From Candidatus Binatia bacterium (GTDB lineage Bacteria; Desulfobacterota; Binatia; UBA9968): a stretch of 64,000 nucleotides of DNA. Positions within the stretch are counted from its first letter, which is position 1; the number at the start of each line of letters is the position of its first letter. Below, one piece after another: positions 58,161-64,000 of the stretch. The position numbers were made by a program, and so were the translations under genes. The notes beneath the pieces were generated by a model. The model was not told the DNA's origin. It ran no database searches and saw only the letters and a program-made list of their open reading frames with translations. Location of the stretch: the NCBI GenBank assembly GCA_041483675.1, contig JBGPGE010000003.1, positions 22,502 to 86,501 of the forward strand, in the 5' to 3' direction.

Positions 58161-58181
58161 AAAATGCAAAATGCAAAATGC
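58161..58181 (+). repeat. Tandem heptamer (AAAATGC)x3 spanning the M20 gene start
   Basis: Seen directly. It creates four closely spaced ATGs, two in frame. Confidence 0.6.
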
Positions 58182-59370
58182 AATGGAAGCGCTAGAAGCT
58201 AAGAAAATAATTGAAGCAGGACTGCGATACGAGGAGGTTAAGAGGCTTCTCGTAAAGCTCGTGCAGGCGGCGAGCCCGCAGACGGAATTGCTGGAAGAGG
58301 AGCCGAAGGTTCTGGCGCTGATTCGGGATGTCATCAAGCCGGAGCTGGAGAGTGCAGGGCTGCGGCCTGCGATCGATGACCAGGGAAATCTTCTCGTCAG
58401 GCTCGCCGGCAAGGGAGGCGGCAAGCGGCTCTTGCTCGTCGCCTATGCGATGAACGCCGCCCCTAGCACGATGAAGAATCCCTATTCGGGTGAGATCGTG
58501 GACGGAACGCCCTATGTGGCTCAAGGCGAGTGCATCTGGGGCCGGGGCGCCTGCGAGCAGAAGGGGAGCCTGGCGGCGATGATGGCGGCGATCAAGCTCA
58601 TCGCCGGCAGCAAGGCTGAATTGCCGGCCGATCTTTACTTCGTCACGAGCACGGCGGGCGAAACGGGGCGGCATGATTCTCTGGCTCACGTGCTGGACTA
58701 TGGCAAGGTAGAGGCCGACTGGGGAATCATCGACGGCCCTCCCGAGATACAGCTCGGCAACAAGGGGCGCGTCGATATTCTGGTGATTGTCCGGGGCAAG
58801 CAGGCGCACAGCAGCCGCCCGTGGGACGGCATCAACGCGATCGAGGGGGCGGTAAAAGTTTTGGAGAAACTTAAGCCGCTCATGCCTTATCCCTCCGAGC
58901 GCGCGCACCCCGATCTTGGCAAGGTCTCCTTGACGCCGACTTCGATCGAGAGCTTTCCCAAAGCGACGCACACGATTCAGAACGAGTGTCGGATCGTATT
59001 CGACCGCAGATTGCTTCCGGGCGACGATCCCGCGGCCGCGATTGAGGAACTCGAAGCGGCGATCGGCAAGATCGAGCCGTTTGAGATCGAAGTTCAGAGG
59101 AGAGATTTCATGTATCCGAGCGAAGTATCGAAGGACTCCGATGTCGCCCGAGCGCTCAGCCGGGCCGTCGAGACGATGCTCGGCTGCGAGGCGAAATACA
59201 GCTATTCGACGGCGGCCAACGACACCGGCCTGCTCAATGTAAGAGGGATTGAGGCCGTAAACTACGGCTCGCGGGATATCCGCTTCCAGCACACCGACCA
59301 CGATCTCGTGTCGGTAAAGAACGTCTTCGAAGCGGCCAACGTATTTGCCTTCATGGCGCTCTGCCGGTAA
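58171..59370 (+). CDS. M20-family metallopeptidase (ArgE/DapE/carboxypeptidase-like)
   Basis: AYAMNAAPST, GRGACEQKGSLAAM (D/E-K-G) and HSSRP-type motifs. Dimerisation lid region. Start lies inside a heptamer repeat. Confidence 0.8.
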   Translation: MQNAMEALEAKKIIEAGLRYEEVKRLLVKLVQAASPQTELLEEEPKVLALIRDVIKPELESAGLRPAIDDQGNLLVRLAGKGGGKRLLLVAYAMNAAPSTMKNPYSGEIVDGTPYVAQGECIWGRGACEQKGSLAAMMAAIKLIAGSKAELPADLYFVTSTAGETGRHDSLAHVLDYGKVEADWGIIDGPPEIQLGNKGRVDILVIVRGKQAHSSRPWDGINAIEGAVKVLEKLKPLMPYPSERAHPDLGKVSLTPTSIESFPKATHTIQNECRIVFDRRLLPGDDPAAAIEELEAAIGKIEPFEIEVQRRDFMYPSEVSKDSDVARALSRAVETMLGCEAKYSYSTAANDTGLLNVRGIEAVNYGSRDIRFQHTDHDLVSVKNVFEAANVFAFMALCR

Positions 59371-59385
59371 GTCGTCGCCGAAAAA

Positions 59386-60145
59386 TTACTCAAACGATAG
59401 CATCGCGCCGTGGGTCAGGCGGGAGTCGAATAGCGGTTTCTCTTTCGCGGTCGAACGAAGAGTCGCCGCGTAAGGCGAAGAGCCGTTTTGCTCAAGCCGC
59501 CGCGCGAGCGGACTCTTGCCGGCGGGCGTGAGAAACTTGAGCTTGTGCGGGCCGATTTCAAACGCCAGCCCGTAGGCCTCGATATCAGGCCGCTTCACGG
59601 CCGTTCCATCGACTCCCAGCGCGCTTCGATACCAATGGCTGACCTGCGGGAGATCTGCGACGGCGACGGTGATCGTACCGATACCAAGCGCTCCGTTTCG
59701 GTGCACGGTCTCTCGCGGAATCCGCTCTTCTCTCGGCGTCTCGTCCTGGATCAAAAACGGGGCGACTCCTCGATGCTCGCCGCGCGCGAGAGATAAGAGC
59801 CACTTCAGTTGATAGCCGTCCGGGCGCGTCCTGCTCCACGGAACGGGATCTTCGATCTTCACGCCGGCGGCGCGGAGTCTAATTGTGTCGCCGATCAGAT
59901 CGTCCGTCTGCATGCAGAAATCGACGAAACCTTCGCCACGTTGAAGGGCGGCCCACCAGCGATGGTCGGGGTTGTCCCGATAAAATGCGATCAGCTCGAT
60001 GTAGGCGCCGTCGGCGAAGGCGACCAGGACGTTGTGCGTGCCGACGGGGTGCTTTCCACCGGGGACAACAGTAAAGCCGAGCGTCGTGTAGTCTTTTGCC
60101 GCCGCATCCAGGTCGCGGACGGCAATGACGATGTGATCGATGCCG
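59386..60145 (-). CDS. VOC-family (glyoxalase/bleomycin-resistance/extradiol-dioxygenase fold) protein, two tandem domains
   Basis: GIDHIVIAVRDLDAAAKDYTTLGF and a second GIGTITVAVADL-type beta-alpha-beta-beta-beta module. Confidence 0.7.
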
Positions 60146-60158
60146 AGGAGCATGGAGG

Positions 60159-61163
60159 CTAAGAAGTAAACGCCGGGACGACTTCGTTGAGAAAGCGCTT
60201 GAGCTGGTAATCCTGCTCCCACGAGGTCAAGCGGAGCGTGATGTGCTGCAGGCCGGCGCTAAAGTATTCCTTTAACTCTTCGATGCAATGCTTCGGACTG
60301 CCGGCGGTGGTAAACCCCTCGACGAACGCCGCGCTGAAGTTCGAGGTGTAGTACTTATCGAGAAACGCCTTGCTCTCGGCCAGGGCCGCGTTGCGATCTT
60401 CATTGATATTGATGTTGTGGTAGAGGGCGTTGCCCAGCTTGCCGGGGTCCCGGCCTTCCTCCGTGGTCATCGCCAGGATGCGCGCCCACTGGCGGCGGAA
60501 TTGCTCCGGGCTGACCTTGTTAGTCATCCAGCCGTCGGCGTAGCGCGCCACGCGGCGGAAGCTGCGCTCGATAATCGGTTCAGCGGCGCTCGCGCCGTCG
60601 CGCCACGTGAGCCCCGTGGGGTTGCTGGCGATCCAGATAGGGCAGGGCTGCTGCACGGGTCGCGGCTCCAGCGTAACATTCTCGAACTGATAGAAGCGGC
60701 CCTGGTGAGAGGCGTTTTTCTCCGCGAACAGTTTGCGCAGGATGACGATGCCTTCTCCGAGGCGAGCGGGGCGCTCTTTCGCCTCGATGCCCATCACTTT
60801 GTGTTCCAGCGCTTGCGCCGCGCTCTGTTCGTTCGGACCGCCGAGACAGACGCAGAGCCATGAGCGTCCGTTGGAGATCAGGTCGAGGCTCGCCCACTGT
60901 TGGGCGAAAAGTATCGGGTGGCGATGGACGAAGGTCGCCATGCAGCCGACGGCAAGACGCACTTTCGTCGTCACGGCGGCGAGCGCGGAAAGCAGCGCGA
61001 CGGACTCAAGCCGAGGTTTGGCCAGCAGACTGTCGCCGACCCAGACCGCGTCGAACGCGCCGGAGGATTCCGCCTGTTGAGTCATGTGGATCAGGTCGCT
61101 CGCTTTCACCGCGCCGATGATGACGCCGCGGTTGGCAAGAGTAAGGCCGAAGGATGCATTCAT
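60159..61163 (-). CDS. LLM-class flavin-dependent oxidoreductase
   Basis: Luciferase-like TIM-barrel signatures: AVWVGDSLL, NGRSWLCVCLGG. Confidence 0.8.
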   Translation of the reverse strand: MNASFGLTLANRGVIIGAVKASDLIHMTQQAESSGAFDAVWVGDSLLAKPRLESVALLSALAAVTTKVRLAVGCMATFVHRHPILFAQQWASLDLISNGRSWLCVCLGGPNEQSAAQALEHKVMGIEAKERPARLGEGIVILRKLFAEKNASHQGRFYQFENVTLEPRPVQQPCPIWIASNPTGLTWRDGASAAEPIIERSFRRVARYADGWMTNKVSPEQFRRQWARILAMTTEEGRDPGKLGNALYHNININEDRNAALAESKAFLDKYYTSNFSAAFVEGFTTAGSPKHCIEELKEYFSAGLQHITLRLTSWEQDYQLKRFLNEVVPAFTS

Positions 61164-61328
61164 GGTTCTCTGCGTACTCGAAGTGAGAACGGGTTGTCAA
61201 GGGACTAATCGGTGTAGGCAAGAGCGACCGCTCCGCTCATTCGCTCCAGCGCCCGGAACCGTCACTCCCGCCCCCGATCGGAGTCGAGGGCAGGCTCGAG
61301 CGGGAGTCCAGGATTGGGAGGGGCCTGG

Positions 61329-61348
61329 ATTCCCGTTTGCACGGGAAT
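61329..61348. promoter_or_regulatory. Perfect palindrome ATTCCCGT-TTGC-ACGGGAAT, candidate operator
   Basis: 8-bp inverted repeat with a 4-bp spacer, ~40 nt upstream of the UbiD start in the 223-bp divergent spacer. Confidence 0.4.
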
Positions 61349-61386
61349 GACTCAAGTACTAAGGTGCAAGCCTTGGGAGGATTTAT

Positions 61387-62973
61387 ATGGCGGCAAGCTT
61401 CAGAGATTATCTGCAGACTCTGCGCAAGCATGACGAGCTAATACAGATATCCAAGCCGGTCGATCTTCGCAATATCGCGGCGCTCGTGCCGCAGTCCGAC
61501 AAGGCGCTGCTTTTTTCCAACGTGCGCGGCTACTCCATGCCCGTCGTCTCCGGCTTGCTCCAGTCGAGAAATCGGTTGGCGCTGGGGATGGGCGTGGAGT
61601 ACGGCGGGATCGAAGCCAAGCTCCGTTCGGCGATGGACCATCCGATCAAGCCGAGGATTGTGAAGCAGGCGCCGGTGAAAGACGTCATCCTGACGAAGAA
61701 CAAAGTGGATCTGTACCGGCTTCCCGTGCCGATTTTCTCCGTCATGGACGGTGGACCGATGATCACCGGCGCCGTGGTCATCGCGCTGGACCCCGAGTAC
61801 GGGATGAACGCCGGGATGTATCGCCTTATGCTGAAAGAGAAAAATGTCACCGGCATCGACATCGTGACGCCGAACAATTTGCGACGCTATGCCGAGCGCG
61901 CCTTGCAGAAAAAAAAGCCGCTGCCGATCTCCATGTCGATCGGCGTCCATCCCTACGAAATGGTCGCGTCGACCTTCAAAGCCGCGCTGGGGGAGAATGA
62001 GCTGGGCTATGCCGGAGGGCTCAGGCGCAAGCCGCTTGCGCTCGCGGAAGGGGAGACGGTTCCCGTCCCCTGCATCGCCGACGCGGAAATTGTTCTTGAG
62101 GGCGAGATCATCCCGGAAGGCTGGACGCAGAGCGAAGGGCCGTCCTCGGAATTCAACCGCCTGATGGGCGGCATCCACCTCAACCCGCGGGTGCGGATTA
62201 AGGCGATCATGCACCGGCGCGATCCGATCTACTACGCGCTGCATATGCCGTGGGAAAATATCTGGATGAGCGCGCCGATCTACGAAGCGGCGGCGTTTCG
62301 CGTGTTGCGCGAGGCGGGTGTGGCGGCGACCGCGATCAACGTAACGCCGGGCGGCTGCTGCCACTGGCACATCGTCGCGGCGATCAAGAAACAGCCCGGC
62401 GACGGCAAGAACGCGATCATGGCGCTGCTTTCGATTGCCGACATCAAACACGTCGTGGTGACGGACGACGACATCGACATTTTCGATCCGGTCGATCTCG
62501 AATGGGCGCTGGCGACACGAGTCCAGGCGGATCGCGACGTGATCGTCGTCTCCAACGCGCGGTCGAAGCCGCTGGATCCGTCATTGCCTCCGACGAACGG
62601 CATCCCGACGACGGCGAAGATGGGAATCGACGCGACAATTCCGGAGAACGTCCCGCGAGAGCGCTACAGGCGGATCGTCTACGTCAACGAGGGAAAAGTT
62701 CAACTGAAGGATTATCTAGGATCGCAGGCGGACACGGGGCAGCGAAGCGTCAGAACCGCGGCGGCAGCCGACGCCGGCTCAGTCGAACAGAAGATTCTCG
62801 ACAGCCTGTCAAAGTCGCACAGGTTCTTCGCGGATATTCTTGGACTGTTCCCTAGAGAAGATTTCGGCGCTATCGCCCGCGCGATCGGCGAGCTGACGAG
62901 CGCGGGAAAAATCACCCAGGACGGCGACGGAAAGTATCAACCGGCGGTGGAAGGCTTGAGCCAGACGCGGTAG
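61387..62973 (+). CDS. UbiD-family decarboxylase, second paralog, with C-terminal extension
   Basis: Collinear UbiD domain (DGGPMITGAVV, MPWENIW...) followed by a ~70-aa tail. 528 aa. Confidence 0.8.
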   Translation: MAASFRDYLQTLRKHDELIQISKPVDLRNIAALVPQSDKALLFSNVRGYSMPVVSGLLQSRNRLALGMGVEYGGIEAKLRSAMDHPIKPRIVKQAPVKDVILTKNKVDLYRLPVPIFSVMDGGPMITGAVVIALDPEYGMNAGMYRLMLKEKNVTGIDIVTPNNLRRYAERALQKKKPLPISMSIGVHPYEMVASTFKAALGENELGYAGGLRRKPLALAEGETVPVPCIADAEIVLEGEIIPEGWTQSEGPSSEFNRLMGGIHLNPRVRIKAIMHRRDPIYYALHMPWENIWMSAPIYEAAAFRVLREAGVAATAINVTPGGCCHWHIVAAIKKQPGDGKNAIMALLSIADIKHVVVTDDDIDIFDPVDLEWALATRVQADRDVIVVSNARSKPLDPSLPPTNGIPTTAKMGIDATIPENVPRERYRRIVYVNEGKVQLKDYLGSQADTGQRSVRTAAAADAGSVEQKILDSLSKSHRFFADILGLFPREDFGAIARAIGELTSAGKITQDGDGKYQPAVEGLSQTR

Positions 62974-64000
62974 CCGTTGTTGGGATAGTTGAGCGCGTCG
63001 ATCTGGAATTGTTTCAACTCCGGCATCGCCCGGTCGGCAAAACGTTTCACAGACTTCATCACCTTGTCGTGTTCCAAGGCGCCGAAGGTAAACTCGCCTA
63101 GGAAACAGTCCGCGCCCGCCTGCGAGGCGATCTCCTTGATTTGCCGGACGACGGTATCGGGCGAGCCGCAGATGAAAGAACCCTCCTTGATGGCGTGATC
63201 GACATCGAGCAGCTCCTTTTTCCGCTCTTCGCGCGTGACGGTGGCGAGGTTCTCATTGCCGTAAGCGCCGTAGGCCCTGCCGCCGCCGACGCGGTGCCAG
63301 AAGTAAATCCAGTGCTCCTTGGCATCCTCGTAGGCCTGCTTATCCGTCTCTCCGACGTAGATTTCGCGCATCAGGGCGACGTGCGGCGCTCTGCCGTTGG
63401 GTTTGACCTTGCGGCGGACTTCACGGAAATAGTCGAAGATTTCCCGCACCACCTCCATTTTGGGCGGGCACCATTGCACGGTGCTCATGCCCTGGGTGGC
63501 CGCCGCTTCGACCGATTCGCGGCTGCGCGTCGGCATCCAGAGCGGAGGATGGGGTTTTTGTACCAGCGGGACGTTCAGCTCGGCATGCCGGACGTTGAAA
63601 AACTTGCCCTGATAGCTGTACTTGGGATTGGCCCACATGCCTTTCATGATTTCGAACGCTTCCCACATGACATCGTTTTTATTGTCCCACGGGGCGTCGT
63701 AAGCGCCGAAGGCGTACTTGCCGATGCCGCTGCCGATGCCGCATTCGAGACGGCCGCCGGTGATGTTGTCGAGCATCGCGACCTCTTCGGCGACGCGGAC
63801 CGGATGCCATAGCGGGAGGACGTAGACGAGCGGGCCGAGGCGGATTCTCTTGGTCCGTTGCGAGGCGGCGGCGATCCAGGCGCCGGGGCTGGCGCATTCG
63901 GCGAAGCCCATGTCGAAATGGTGCTCGGCGACGAAATAGTAGTCGAAGCCGGCTTCGTCGAGAAACTGCACCATGTCCAGGTGGCGGGCATAGAGGTTCT
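62937..64000 (-). CDS. LLM-class flavin-dependent oxidoreductase (partial; N-terminus beyond window end)
   Basis: FVAEHHF and the luciferase-like barrel. The reading frame stays open from the listed ATG (63974) to the window edge, and the upstream residues ...NLYARHLD match the canonical LLM N-terminus. Confidence 0.75.
   Translation of the reverse strand, partial: NLYARHLDMVQFLDEAGFDYYFVAEHHFDMGFAECASPGAWIAAASQRTKRIRLGPLVYVLPLWHPVRVAEEVAMLDNITGGRLECGIGSGIGKYAFGAYDAPWDNKNDVMWEAFEIMKGMWANPKYSYQGKFFNVRHAELNVPLVQKPHPPLWMPTRSRESVEAAATQGMSTVQWCPPKMEVVREIFDYFREVRRKVKPNGRAPHVALMREIYVGETDKQAYEDAKEHWIYFWHRVGGGRAYGAYGNENLATVTREERKKELLDVDHAIKEGSFICGSPDTVVRQIKEIASQAGADCFLGEFTFGALEHDKVMKSVKRFADRAMPELKQFQIDALNYPNNGYRVWLKPSTAG

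Overview
This is a 64 kb window of high-GC (~65%) bacterial DNA, densely packed with coding sequence. It looks like a Gram-negative (diderm) organism, judged from the LPS-core gene set and from frequent GTG/TTG starts with 4-nt overlaps between genes. Its content falls into four parts. (1) 1-15.3 kb is an LPS inner-core and polysaccharide locus. It has three GT2 genes, an HprK-related kinase plus PqqD-family pair, and an AGE-superfamily epimerase/isomerase. It also has a Trm112-like gene, two GT9 heptosyltransferases, three Kdo/WaaP-family LPS kinases, an ArnT-like GT39/83 membrane transferase, two methyltransferases (one in a low-GC island) and a GT4. (2) 15.4-33.3 kb continues the glycan theme. 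It has a fused ATP-sulfurylase/APS-kinase (PAPS synthase), a sulfotransferase, a PhyH-type dioxygenase, NeuA, a NeuB fused to a C-terminal cupin, a HAD phosphatase and a Gfo/Idh/MocA oxidoreductase. It also has a TagF/KpsC-like GT-B protein, a B12-binding radical SAM enzyme, four GT2, two GT4 and the heptose-7-P kinase (RfaE domain I). This reads as a locus for a sulfated, possibly further tailored, nonulosonic-acid-containing glycan. (3) 33.3-38 kb is housekeeping: yicC, gmk, rel/spoT (no rpoZ between gmk and spoT), rpmB and the separate heptose adenylyltransferase (RfaE domain II). (4) 38-64 kb is metabolic and accessory. It has a UbiD-family decarboxylase, a secreted DUF151/PDZ protein, a lone GcvT-family aminomethyltransferase with a divergent LysR, and phnD-phnC-phnE-phnE phosphonate/phosphite uptake genes. 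A RavA-like AAA+, ViaA-like VWA and secreted HDxxH metalloprotease operon follows. The window ends with a cluster of M24 and M20 peptidases, an enolase-superfamily racemase, an opine-type dehydrogenase, three LLM flavin oxidoreductases, a VOC protein, a second UbiD paralog and a Fe(III)-type ABC binding protein plus fused permease. No rRNA, tRNA, CRISPR array or transposase was recognised. Several structured intergenic elements and homopolymeric tracts inside glycosyltransferase genes are flagged. All calls rest on reading the six-frame translations for conserved motifs and domain architecture; no database search was run. Start codons were placed by frame arithmetic from the ORF track and may be off by a few codons.
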